Shown here: positions 50,954 to 64,000 of the stretch, in pieces | Layout: each line of letters starts with the position of its first letter | Numbering within the stretch: position 1 is the stretch's first letter | Assembly: GCF_006345805.1 (NCBI RefSeq) | Contig: NC_042998.1 | Location: forward strand, 118,668,001-118,732,000 | Reading direction: 5' to 3' | DNA length: 64,000 nt | DNA from: Octopus sinensis | Lineage: Eukaryota | Position numbers and translations under genes: made by a program | The notes under the pieces: generated by a model | Seen by the model: the letters and a program-made list of their open reading frames with translations, nothing else | Database searches by the model: none | What the model was told of the DNA's origin: nothing

Positions 50954-51740
50954 GACACAATACAAAATATATTAAATATATGAAAACTATGTAGATAGTA
51001 CATTTTCCTTCTTTAATTTGTTATATATATACGTATATGCAATTATATATATTATATATAGTATATTTTTATTTGTTATATAAGTTGTCGAGATACTAGT
51101 ATTACCTTATATAAGCTGAGCTCAAATTAATAGGGGTACAAATATTAGATTTATTGAGGCTACTATAAAATAATAACAATAACAATAATAATCAAATGAT
51201 CAGTTACGGTAGAGCATCATAGAAAAGGAATAAAAACAGCCTAATTACTAAAAACCATGATAAAATATCCATACCTTATTGATTTCAATAGCAAGAATTT
51301 ATAGAAAATGTATGATAATTTAAGTATTATGAACTAAAAATTGTTAACTTATTTAGCTTATTATAATCAGGACTGAAACCCGGTATTGGTTAAAAGAATA
51401 ATTTCTGTTAAATGGACATGCTAATTATATCTCGATATTAAATTAGGAGGTATAATATAGATTTTAAAAGTTATTTATGTTAATCCATAAATGATATTCC
51501 CACATATACTGGAATGTAGAATAATGTGCAGAATGTGTGTTTGCGTTCTCGAATTTTCATTCTATTCCAATTTTTAATTTGTAGTGGTTTTTAAGGTATT
51601 TTAACCTTAAATATAACTTATTATTTCAGTCTCTCTCTCTTTCTCTCTCTCTCGCTCTCTGTCTCTCTCTTATACTCCTCTCTAGATATATACGCGTATA
51701 TGATCATAGAGATAGATATATATAGATATATAACCCTATA

Positions 51741-52949
51741 TCTCTCTATATATATAAACGGCAGTTTGTCTGTCTGTGTGTCTGTGTGTCTGTCAGGTTG
51801 TACCCTCACCCTGACCACGGCTTTCAACCGATTCTAATGAAACTTGACACACACATAGCCCAATGTCATAATTCAAAACTAACGCAGAGAAAATTTTGAA
51901 AAGTTCCCCCAGTTCTGAAACCAATCGATAAAATTCGACATGGGGTCGAGAATCTAAGCTTTTTATATGCAACACATTTTCTGTTGTAGTTTTCGCAACT
52001 TGCAATCGATTTTCACTAAACTCATGGTGAAGCTTAATGTTACCCTAAGGAACTTAATTCTGACGGTAGTTTTCCATGCAATACCTTGCCATCAGAAAAA
52101 ATCGATAAAATCATGCTATTTTGGGAAATCGCGTTCAAATTCAAGATGACATATTTTCGACAATATTTTCGACAAATTGGCAGGAATTTTTTTAAATTTA
52201 CAGCGAGCATCATGTCTGCTCCAAGGAGCTATATGGCCCTTTTTATTCCAATAGAATACATTATTACTGGAAAAAATCGGTTAATTAAATCATATGTGGC
52301 ACACATAGCAAACCGATTTGTGTATTAAACACAAAACCACAGACTGTCTAGGGGACGTAACTCGACCTTTTTAACTCTCGGAACACGTGGGGTAAGTATC
52401 CCAAAATGTATAAAAATGTACAAAAACGGCAAAAAAGCTGGCAGCAATGTGAGTGACGACAACGAAAAAGTCAGAAGTGACCAAACTGAACAAACGAATG
52501 GAAAAGGTTTTTGGTGCACACGACAAAAGCGGTTTATAATAAACCAAGAGTTTGCAAGTAGCGTCCGAGGACCCTTAGGGTACGTCAAAAATTTAAGGTA
52601 AAACGTTTGGGGTGGTAGTTATAAAGAAAGTTTAAACAAAAAAAGTATTCGAATAACTTGCGGCTGCAGCAGCTATTAGCAGAAGTGGCGGTGTTGGGGG
52701 TAAAATCTCGAATGTAATTTCTTCCTGGTAGGAATTGGTTGGGTTGAATTATCGATAGCTGTTTGATAGTTATTCGGGAGTGAAGAGAAGACATTGCAAC
52801 CTACACATGCGCCTTCGTTCCCTAGATGGAAAGGACTAGATTGGGATTAGTCGTTGCCTACTAGGGGCTCTTACATACCCGGGCAACGCCAGGCTATGCT
52901 GCTAGTAGCTATATATACGCACTCGGGCAACGCTGGGCTATGCTGCTAG
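51741..52949 (+). mobile_element. Non-autonomous Helitron with two tandem 3' termini
   Basis: A|TC..tctatatatataaacggcagtttgtctgtctg..cacggctttcaaccgattctaatgaaacttgac start; hairpin plus CTAG|T at 52878-52906 and again at 52923-52950. Confidence 0.75.
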
Positions 52950-53020
52950 TAGGTGTATATACGCGTGTATGTGTGTATGTGTAGTGTGTGGTGTGTGTGT
53001 GTGTGTGCATGTGTGTGTGT

Positions 53021-53056
<36 letters not shown>

Positions 53057-55700
53057 ATGATGAAATACGTACATTATTAAGAGTTTTATTCAGAATCAAA
53101 CATTTAAAATGTCGTAAGATGTACTTATTCTTTCTGAACAAGAAAGTATATGATATATGTTAGTATTATTTAAAAAAAAAAAACGTATATATGAACAAAA
53201 GTATTTCAAAATAGAGCTTAATTTTTTTCATTATTTTGTAAGCAATATGTTCCACTCTTTTGAAACTGGAAACAAAATGTATTTATTTACAGAGATTAAA
53301 ATCTCCGGTGTGAATGGGACAAAATCTTGCTTTCTTTGAGAATAATGGACAGAACATTCTGAAGGCTGTTGAGGTTGATCATTTGAACCAGTCGGAAGAT
53401 CTATATTACTTGATGTATAAAGTGTACATTGTGATGAGTATGGTGTATAATGTTTGCATTGTGATGAGTATGGAACTTGATAACATTGCCTGAGGTTTAT
53501 TTAATATGTTATATGTGACGGTGGATGCAAAACGAGCGGCAGGTGTGGAGTTTTTCAACTGAAAGTAATATCAACAAATGATCATTGTTTTGATCTGAAA
53601 TGAAAACATTTCGCAAGGTCGCTAGATTTTGTTTGGGGAATATAATATAAAAATAGGCTTCAGTTTCGAAGGCAAAAGGTCTTATCGGTCTACAATACAC
53701 GCAGTCATTCTCCACGGTTTGGTTATTGTTTTCTATGAAGAACATTTACCCACCAAAAATCTGATCAATCATCTGATTTGTGCACTATATTTGGGAGACG
53801 GAATTTGTGCATTGCATGATGATTTGTGACGTTAAATTAGCTGAGTGATGATTGAAAGACTAAACATACCAGATCCGGATGTGTGTGGAAGCCAAGGTGA
53901 GGTGCATTCGTGGAATTCACGAAAGGTGGTAACTGCCGAGTGGTCAGAAATAAGACACACCAAATGCAGGTCGAAGATTTTTTTAATTGTTTTATATTCA
54001 CGGTGTTATTATATAGTAATTAGATTACGATGATGTAGCCAATACCACATTGTCATAGAAACAATTTGAGCTTTATTACCTAATATAGAACACTGCTGAA
54101 TTTATTAATTTATTAATTACATAAAATACTGCAAATACTATTTATTCGTGAGAGTAAATATTGTTTTCTTTCCAAATAAAGATCGATATTTCAGCTCTGT
54201 GATACAGATACGGTTCATAATAATTATGCACTTGGAAGGAACATTAAACATCTGCTGTATCTAGTTGACGCATTGAAATCAAGAATGTATGACAACTGCA
54301 CTAATTATATCTGATAGAAAAAACATTTTGCGTTGTAGATCTATATAAATGCCAGAATAATGGCTTCATCTGACATATATTATTATTTTATTATCAAGGG
54401 ATTTTACTACAAGTACAAAATAATGTATTTTAGATATACGACCAAATGTCTTTGATAATACAAGTATTGTATTAAGAAATGTCACGTAAATGTATTTAGA
54501 ATTTGTAGCAAGATTTATACCAGAGAGTCTCAGCTATCGAATACAATTTATTGATAGCAGAAAGCAATTTCTGGAACTCTGCAAAATTGTGTTTCATTAT
54601 TTCTTTCAAAATCTCAGATCAATTGAAATTTTACCTTCTGCCAAATAACTACAGATGTTATATGAAATGTTCAAATGAAATTATCAAGTATGGAAGTCTA
54701 TGTTGAGAATATTTGTAGTCGTGGTTTTATGACATGGAATGCTTCACCAATCTCGATGTTGAACCATCTATTCACTGGGAAACGAGCACGATATTAAAAA
54801 GAAGGAATTGCACAAAAAAGCTTTCAATCTTATATGAAAAGCTTCCATTTGACGTCTATAATTAATCCAACATATTACTAGATTTGTAAAATAGAGTTAG
54901 AGGTTGAAGTATTGAAATATTACTCTGCCATTTCGCCAAAGATGAAATTTAAAAAATGTTTTAAAAGCGTTAAATCTTTCATTGTGCTAGCTGAGGAATG
55001 TTGCCAAAATTTTAGCTTGTATCTTTACTGACAATATGATTAAACAATTAAAATAAAACTATATTAATATAATTTCAGAAACATTTTTGATTAATTACTA
55101 ATGATGAAGAAATAAAGTAATATTTCATTTACTGTTTAGATACTGAACACAATAACTGATTTGATTTTAATAAAACACTGTTAAAAATGGAAAGAAAAAC
55201 ATGTAATTATGTTTTCTTTTAATCACAGTTACGCAAGTTAGATTTCTGTTTCGTTTCACGTTCCTTAATGTATGGCAATTTTAGTGCAACCTTTGAGGTT
55301 TATAACACAATGAATTTTATTTAGATTCCTATGATATTCTTAGCTCTTTATTTTATAGTAATATATTTCTATATATGGAATTATTTATTGAATATCACTG
55401 AGAGAACTAAATTTACATCATACGCTGGTTCCCAACTCCTCTTCGGGAAATTCAATTATCAACAACTTAGAAACAATGACACATACTTTACTGTAAAGAG
55501 AACAAAACAAGAGATCGGGCATTGTTTTATATTTGGAGTTCTTCCAATAACCTTCGTTTGCTGGAATCATTGATAGTAAGTGCTTCTCATTTCTTATACA
55601 CTCGTACACATATAACATAAACGAACATTCATGCACGCGCACACACGCGCGCAGTCATGTACACCTATAGCTAGCAAGCTAGCTAGCTAGATAGATAGGG

Positions 55701-55821
<121 letters not shown>

Positions 55822-56662
55822 CTGAATCCTACCTAATTTAACTTAATCTAATATTGAAAGTTAACTTTAATGAAAATAGTAATTAAAATTGGTGAACTTC
55901 GATTCCCTTAACATTACAGTAGCAAAAAATTGATTTTTAATTAAAAATACTTTAAAATAGTATCTCATTGGATCTTTATCGAATTGTATTCTACTCGTGC
56001 ATATATGACGTCAATTTTACGCTTTATCATTCTGAAAACAAGTTGCTCTATAATTTTCAAACTTTTGTGTTTATTGATGCACATTTTCGTTGTACTAACA
56101 AAAGAGTAAAGTGGTAGAATGATAATACATCATTTTACCATTCATATATACTCTTTTCAAGAGGAAAGAGGACATTAGACCACAGAATATTTAATTTAAT
56201 TACTCTTTCAATTTATAAAGTACAAAATTATAATATAATTGATTTACTAATTTTACTTTCCGCTCTGCGATGTACTAAAACATTTCTGAAATGTATTGTA
56301 TTACTGACATTTTACTGAATATTAACGAGTAAAACCAATTTAATTATAGTTCATTATTTAACTCCTAACGTTAGATTTGATAAAAGCTTAACAGATTTAA
56401 TAAAATACATCTAATATCAAAATCATTTCAATTTCAATAAATGCAGCATATAACGGAGAAATCTACAAAATTAAAGCATGAGGCAAACACTTTGAATAAA
56501 GCTAGTATTTAGCGCGTTGAAAACAGAATAATGCATTAAAACTGATTTATTATCTTATGCTAAAATATTTATTCGTATTCCTTTGTGAAATCTACTTACG
56601 CTTCATAAAAGTTTAGTGTTTCAGAGAATATAAACATGTAATGTGAATCATTTTGTGTAAGA

Positions 56663-56708
56663 ACTTTGATATGTTGTCTACACTATCAAATGATCAAATA
56701 TTTCCACG

Positions 56709-56744
<36 letters not shown>

Positions 56745-56871
56745 ATACGTGGAAATATTTGATCGTTTGATAGTGTAGACACTATCAAATGATCAAATAT
56801 TTCGACGTATATATATATATATATACGTGGAAATATTTGATCATTTGATAGTGTAGACAACATATCAAAGT
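56663..56871. repeat. Nested palindrome: perfect 46-bp outer arms around two (TA)n-looped hairpins
   Basis: actttgatatgttgtctacactatcaaatgatcaaatatttccacg at 56663-56708 with its exact reverse complement at 56826-56871. Confidence 0.95.
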
Positions 56872-56874
56872 ATG

Positions 56875-57022
<148 letters not shown>

Positions 57023-57295
57023 CATATATATACAATTTAAAAATAGGATAAAATCTTCATAAGAACTTATGAAATAGTTAGCGCGAAAAACCTCATAAGG
57101 GAAAAATTTATTAATTATTCCCTGTAAATATATTTATTTATATCAAGGGGATTACTATACATACATGCCACACGCTAAGGGGGACTCTTAAAGGAAAAAA
57201 ATTCCATAATAAACATGGTAGTTCTGACTTTAAGATTCCCTCCTAGAGCGAGGCATTTATGTATAGTAATCACCTTGATATAAATATATATATAC

Positions 57296-57396
<101 letters not shown>

Positions 57397-57399
57397 TGT

Positions 57400-58580
57400 G
57401 TGTTCATAATAGAGGTGAAGTGGTTGACCAAGCGAATGACGGGTGATGAATTTGTTCGTACGTTGCCGAACATCACGTAGATGTTTGGTGAACTGCTCTA
57501 AACAACGTAGATTTTATTGCAGAGATTACATCTAATACAATTATAAGGCTGAAAGAAGTGCAGGAGAAGGAGTTTCTAATGTCGAGTGTGTGCTGGTTGG
57601 ATCCAGTGAGGGAGGTGGTGTCAGTGGTGAAAGGAAGGTGTGGCAGCGGGATCTAGAGCAAGGGAAGGATCCGTATGGGGCCTGGATGGAAGAGGGGAAG
57701 GTGCTACCAGCAGATAGCTTAGGTTACGGGCGCATTTAAGGGAGAGCAAGAGTGAGTTGGGGAAAATGGGGGTGGGGAAAGGGGGTGCAGCCGGGAATTG
57801 GTGTGGGGAAGGAGAGGGGCGGTGGTGCGATCGATTAGATGAGCGCGGGCAAGGGCGGTTTGGACAAGGGTTGATGGGTTTCCTCGATGCATGATAGGTC
57901 GGCACGGTAATGGGACAGAGTTTCGAAATCCTGGTCCCGGCTACCCAAGCGTCGGAGGTGAAGGAACTGGGAGTATGGGTGGCCCGTTTGGTGTGGAAGG
58001 CATGGAGGAAGTAGAAGTTGAGGTGGGGATCCGCGGCTTTAAAGAAGGAGGTGGTGGTGAGCGAGTGAGTGGGGAGGTCAATGGTGAGAGATATCTAGTA
58101 AGTTTACAGAGGTGTTGGAGATGGTAGAGGTAAATTGGAGAAAAGGGTGTAGGTTAGAGAGGAAAGAGATGAAGTGGTGAGAGAGGGAGGTGGGGTCCTA
58201 TACAGTCGTCTATGTAGCAGCCGTATAGCTCTGGGGTTGGTCCGAAGAATTAGAATACTTAGGCCCTTAATATGACCAACAAATAGGTTGACGAAATTGG
58301 GGCCCATTCTCGTTCTCATAGCGACCCCAGACACCTATTGGTAGATCTACCCGATGGAAGTAAATCGATGGACGAGATCTGCCAGACGGAGAAGGGTGGG
58401 GGTGCTGGGTTCAAGGTCGGGGCGACGGTCGAAGAGGTATTGGAGGACTAAGAGATCGTCGCTATGGGGAATCACCGTTTATAGGGATTTGATGTCCAAG
58501 GTGAAGAGGTGTAAGGTGCCGGATGGAAGGAGAGGAAATTGAAAAGGCGAAGGGTGTGATTTGTGTCTTGTATATGGGAT
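57400..58580 (-). mobile_element. Decayed Penelope-like element of a second, GC-richer family (RT plus GIY-YIG)
   Basis: FTLDIKSL*TVIPH (~58480), GVAMRTRMGPNFVNLFVG, YIDD (58205-58216), FSCTSFSLINCIRCNLCNKIYV (~57500-57570). Confidence 0.85.
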
Positions 58581-59806
58581 GGGAGGATGCAGTCAAGGTG
58601 GCATCAGGCATGTTACAGAGGCGCAAGGTATGAAATTTGGAGGTGGAAATGAGTCGATTAAATCAATCCCAGCACCATTACTTGACTGGTACTTCATTTT
58701 ATCGACCAAGAGATAAGAGGACATAACGAAAACTTGCTCTCTACGTAATCTGAAGTTAGAACATGCAGACCAAAAACCGTAAGGCACCTTTTTCGATGCT
58801 CTAACAATTTTGCCAATCCACCTGCCATATAAATATATATATTCTCTTTGATTCATTTATCTGTTTCAGGCCTGGTGGGACACAGTTGTCACAGATTTAT
58901 TCGATTGAATCTATCATACTATTTGCATTATTTTAAGTCTGGTTCTTATTTTAGTATTCTCTTTTAGCTGAACCACAATGTTTACAGAAATGTAGTTTCG
59001 AGCAATATCATTCCTGGGTTAATCAAAGAATCTATACGATTCCGTTCTTATCTTAAAGATAATGTGGTTCTTTATCACGTCATTTCAAGTCCTCCGACGT
59101 ATATTCATATATAATATATATATATATATATAATATTAGGGAGTAAATACAAACTTACAGGGAAAAAATAGATTTAGGATTAAATCCAATTTCACAGTAT
59201 AAATATAAATTAAATTAGAGATAAAACCACTATTAGGCAAATCAAACAGTGAAAAACATAAAACAAAACATAAAAATAAAAATAATTAATATAATATACA
59301 AAATATATTTTGTATATTATATTAATTATTTTAATTATCTCTAAATTAATTTATATATATGTATATATACATGTATACACACATATAGAAATATATAAAT
59401 TTGTATTCATGTGCATTTATCTATCTATATCTGTGTGTATATGTCTGTGCGTGTGTGTGTGTGAGTTATTTGTGTATGTATGTGTGCGTGCGCGTGCGTG
59501 TGGCTGTGTATGTGTGCGTTAGTACGTCATTATTTATGTCGTTCAAAGTAACTTAAAGATAATCACTATGAATTTGTGTGGGAAGTGCTTAGATTTATAT
59601 ATTTATAAACTACTCTGTAATTTTTCACCAACACTGCAGTTCATTTTGTTTGATCCTACACGTCAACTGGTTTGACTATAACATCGCATCATTTGAAGAT
59701 ACCTGAGATACAGGATGTGTAAGTAAACCAAGCGTAAGCAATTGCACACCGACCGTGTGATCTCGCGTATATTTATATGGGGAACCGCCATTAAACAATG
59801 TGTTAT

Positions 59807-59914
59807 GCTTACTGCACCTAGGTTTCCCAAACGGTTACCCATCTAAGTACTGAGTAGGTTCGACGTTGTTTAACTTCGGTGATCGGACGAGAACCAGTGC
59901 TTTCAACGTGATAT

Positions 59915-59918
<4 letters not shown>
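59807..59918 (-). pseudogene. 5S rRNA pseudogene, about 7 nt missing at the 5' end
   Basis: gtccatatcacgttgaaagcactggttctcgtccgatcaccgaagttaaacaacgtcgaacctactcagtacttagatgggtaaccgtttgggaaacctaggtgcagtaagc follows the invertebrate 5S sequence; no T-run terminator; abuts (TA)n. Confidence 0.92.
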
Positions 59919-60002
<84 letters not shown>

Positions 60003-60022
60003 ATATATACGTATATATATAT

Positions 60023-60241
60023 ATATTTGCCATGTCCTATGAATGTTGAATACAGTCACAAAGTCATGTGCTTTGTGGAAATGTACGTAGCAATGAATTA
60101 AAGTATTTACGAATATCTATCCAAAAGTTCTCGCTGTTACTATATTTATCCTACGCTATGGCAGTACCCATACAATACACTGGAAGATGGAGGTAACTGG
60201 GAGAAATAGCATGAGCTTCACACACTCACACACACACACAT

Positions 60242-60297
<56 letters not shown>

Positions 60298-60672
60298 AAG
60301 TAAATAAGTAACAAGGATGTCAAGGAATTAGTGCATTACGGCCGTTTCAGGCGGCTCCACTTAAGCGATCAATGCAAGCATTACATCAATTTGAAGCACA
60401 CCGCATTTCTTATAACTACAATAATAGCAACAGACATGTAATTCTTTTATTCTCTAGTTCTGATGAAAAGTTTGCTAAAAATTTATAAAGGAGTATCCTG
60501 TATGTTAAACACCTATATGGTCTTATGCGTCCGAGGAAGGCGGTGTATTTCAAATTGACGTAATGCGTGCATTTATCGATTAAATGGAGCTGCTGGAAAC
60601 AGCCGTAATGCCCTAATACCTTGACATCCTTGTTTCCTCAACTTAAGTACCTAATTTAACTGAAACTTAATC

Positions 60673-60753
<81 letters not shown>

Positions 60754-61908
60754 AATAATGACAACTTTTGGATGGAATTTCATAAATACTTTAATGCATT
60801 ACTACGTGTTTTCACAAAGTATATACCTTTTGAGGCTACGTTTCCCATCCACAGAACATTACAAATATGCTTTGCGATATCCGTTCATTTTAATGGGAAT
60901 CATTATTACATGTGTTCGTTTCTTCAGACAAAACTGCATTTATGTTCTAGCTGTATCGAATATTTAGCCATGGAATACTTACCAATTTACAACGATGGGA
61001 ATTTTCTGTAAATTTTATGGCTGGTTCCTATGAGTATTTTGAAGACCTCCAGCATAAACCATGTGCATAAATGCTTCTTACTATCATATTATTGAACTTA
61101 CTACAAAAATAATACTAGACAAATATGCTGTCTCTACAGAAAAAATTAACACCACCATAGAACGAATAGTAGCATCTCTAACAAAAACACAACCCTTTAA
61201 GCAACAATATTTGACAGCACAGCAGGGAGCCGTGTAAAATAATATAGGATACCAAGGTAATCCAAATCTCCAACAAAACCAGCGCCGGAGTAGAAATCTC
61301 AAGCTGTTAATATCTAAGTAAAAATTTATTCCCTTGCTCTTACAGCTTGTAAAATCAATAATGTAGTATCATGGTGAGGTTTACGCTAAATCAAATGCTC
61401 GCGCTCCCCCTCTCACAGTACATAAACACTGAAATCAAGACAAGGAAAATCATTACCATCTTCTTTTCCCACCCACCCCTTATATTATCTATGTTATCTC
61501 TGATCTTCTTCCTATCCACACACGCCTACTTGTAAAAATCTAGATACAAAGTAAAATTCTACCTATGTCCGCTTTCCCGTACTGTTTCTATATCTGTTTA
61601 TATCATAAGTCAAAATATTCAGATCAACAAGAACATTAATGCAATTTTTCCCTGAAGGAATGAATGCATGTAATAATAGCTCTCCTTAAAATCTATGGAT
61701 ATTGCAAATCATATTTGCCGTGTCCTATAAATGGGGAATACACCACAGGAAACGTGCTTTGTGGAAACGTACGTAGCAATGCATTAAAGTATTTAGGAAT
61801 TTCCATCCGAAAGTTTTCGTTATTACTATACTTACCCTACGCTACAGCGGTACCCATATAATGACTCTGGAAGATGGGAATAACGGTAGCCTGAAGAAAT
61901 AGCATGAG
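60023..61908 (+). repeat. Diverged ~195-bp direct repeat pair (60023-60215 and 61711-61908)
   Basis: Both begin atatttgcc(a/g)tgtcctat and end gaaatagcatgag, and share gtgctttgtggaaa(t/c)gtacgtagcaatg. Confidence 0.85.
60310..60634. mobile_element. MITE-like element with 95-bp terminal inverted repeats
   Basis: Arms 60310-60404 and 60540-60634 (aacaaggatgtcaagg...ccttgacatccttgtt); no clear TSD. Confidence 0.85.
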
Positions 61909-63254
61909 AATTTTTTATGAGTACACGCAAAAACGTTTAGCATAAACGAACTTAAAGTGTATATGTATGTGTGTGTATGTGTGTGTGTTAGTGTGTGTAT
62001 ATGTGTATGTATGTATGTATTTTTCCCATAGTAAGTCATAAAGCTCCAACACTGCAATTTAGATAACATTGTTAGAGATTCTCACGTGGCATTTTCTGAC
62101 AGTCTGATACAAATGTCATAAAAAATACACGTTAGAATTCATTATTCTTTACCCAACCCTGTACATCTTTGATCTTGGTGGAAAATGTAAATTACTAGTT
62201 AAGATCAAGTTTTCAAATTAATTGTGTGCACTTATGCATGTTATGTATTATTGGTGAATACATGACCATGTTTGCTTATCTCGAGCGTTGTATTTTAGGT
62301 CTTCAAGTATGTTGCATGCCCAATCTGCAAATCAATGCTACTTGCAGATTATAGATACTTTGCTTACGTTTCAAAAACATACACATTAATACATGTGATC
62401 GCTTAATATTGATGAATTTAATAAAATAACTTAAGTTATTGATTAGTTACCTCCCTTTGGTGATAGACTTAAGCTCTCGTTTTGTTTAACATTACCACCT
62501 GGCGGTTAGTTACATTTGATGGACTCCACTCTGCTGTAAGCATTCGAACAAAGTCCCCAGTTTGGATATATATTCTAACCTACATAACACCGGACTCTAA
62601 GGTTCTGCCGTGAGTAATGGGTACTTCTCTCTTTACTCACTGAGCGACAAACAATTTAGCTATGTAAATATTATTTTCTGTCTGATATTTCCAGTGATAA
62701 TTTCCAAAATGTTTTAATTGAATTTATTTGCTCTGCATTTATGCTTGTTTTCATTTAAGGAACTAGATTAGAATTAACTTTTACAAAGTTAGAGTTGTGA
62801 TAGTTGCAGAGATAGTGATATATCAATCATTACTAAGTGAAATATAAACACTGTATTTAACTAATTCAGACAAATAGAATCTCTTCAAAAGCATGTCTCT
62901 TAGGCGCCACTGCACGAAAACCAATTTTTGCGGCAATGTTAACATGTTGAATATGCATAATATAAATAAGAAAATAAACTCGAAGTATATTAAACAGAGA
63001 TGAAAAGAAGCAATACTTTTCAATGACTTATAGTATTTTAATTTTTTTGTCTTAGACAATTACAAGAAGCAACATAGGATATACTTGGATTTCTTTCTTT
63101 CCCAATGAAACAACTTTCTGTCTTAGCAATAAAATGAACTTTGAGTGAACCTACAAGAATATACACTGGTTGTATATAGAAATGTTTATAAAAGAAATAA
63201 AGTAGTTATGTCATCCATATTGAAGTCTTTTTTAACGCTAGATTTCAATTTATG

Positions 63255-64000
63255 TATCAGGTTGATTAAAACGTAAGCAATATTTTGAACCATGAAGAAT
63301 TTGTAACGGATGTTTACAGAGTTTTTGATTTTTTAAAAACTTTTTTGGCAATTGTCTGATAATACAGACATAGACTTGCCCAAATGCATCAATAAATTAA
63401 CATTGATATTTTTCTTACTGTTGTTACAATCATCTCAAATGGAACTGTGAATGCGCGATATTAGAATAATTTTGCTATTCAACTTCAAAAAAGGGCGTAA
63501 AGCAGCTGAAACTGCTCGCAATATCAACGAAAAATTTGGTGAGGAAATGACCAGTAAGTGGTCAGCTCGAAAATGGTTTAAACGATTTCGTAATGGAAAG
63601 CTGAGCCTTGAAGATCGTGAGCGTAGTGGAAACCCATCTGTCATTGATGAAGGCTATTTAAAGACCGTCATTGAGAAAGATCCACGTAAAACCATCCGAG
63701 AAATGGCAAAAGAGCTTAGCCAGAAAACTGCCTGCAACCATTTGCATGCGATCGGAAAAATCCAAAAAGCTTGATAAATGGGTACCACACGATTTGAATG
63801 AAATTTAGAGAATGCGCAGGTATGGACTTTGTTCGTAGCTTCTTCTCCGTAACCAGACCGATCAATTTCTCGACCGTATTGTAACTTGCGATAAAAGCGA
63901 ATTCTGTACAATAGTAAAAACGTTCCTCGCAGTGGTTGGACAAAAATGAAGCGCAGAAAACTTTCCCTAAATCATAGGTCTTCAAAAAGAAGGTTATGGT
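63255..64000 (+). mobile_element. Mariner element, 5' part, frameshifted transposase; runs off the window
   Basis: TA|tcaggttg start; HTH ORF 63451-63774 (KGRKAAETARNIN...WFKRFRNG...EDRERSGNP); WVPHDL at 63779-63796 in a shifted frame; FLDRIVTCD. Confidence 0.93.

Larger units (their letters stand above)
48303..51019 (-). mobile_element. Penelope-like element copy 2 with inverted pseudo-LTRs and a deleted RT core
   Basis: GIY-YIG-region TCSGCGHHYIGQTGMTLRWRITLH; RPIIAG (~49450) abuts the thumb region; inverted ~270-bp arms 48303-48577 and 50748-51019; inverted endonuclease tail at 50550-50610. Confidence 0.88.

Noticed and set aside
56663-56871. CRISPR-like repeat-spacer array
   Set aside because: The units alternate in orientation, the spacers are pure (TA)n, the context is eukaryotic and there are no cas genes.

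Overview
AT-rich, microsatellite-saturated eukaryotic DNA, most likely from an octopus-like cephalopod (inferred from composition, tRNA-head SINEs and a mollusc-type 5S copy; not proven). I found no intact host protein-coding gene. Most ORF-track entries are translated (TA)n/(CA)n repeats. The window is mostly transposon remains: an R4/Dong-type RLE LINE and fragments, two CR1/L2-type LINEs (one with a single visible frameshift), several Penelope-like elements (PLEs), three SINE families, non-autonomous Helitrons, mariner/Tc1 fragments, a MITE and a 5S rRNA pseudogene. The main unexpected signal is about 14 type-I hammerhead ribozyme (HHR) motifs in six unrelated repeat families, all with a palindromic stem III. 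Two stand out. (1) A PLE family whose three pseudo-LTR copies carry a non-canonical core AUGAAUA, i.e. an A3-U8 pair replacing C3-G8, with compensatory change in stem I. (2) A 989-bp retrozyme-like unit at 31.8-32.8 kb with two near-identical 395-bp repeats, each holding an intact-looking HHR, predicting a 594-nt self-excised RNA. A third notable item is a PLE end carrying a tRNA-like module plus an HHR. Several decayed Cys-rich or Thr-rich coding-like remnants are reported at low confidence. All folds, alignments and identities were estimated by eye; ribozyme activity is untested.
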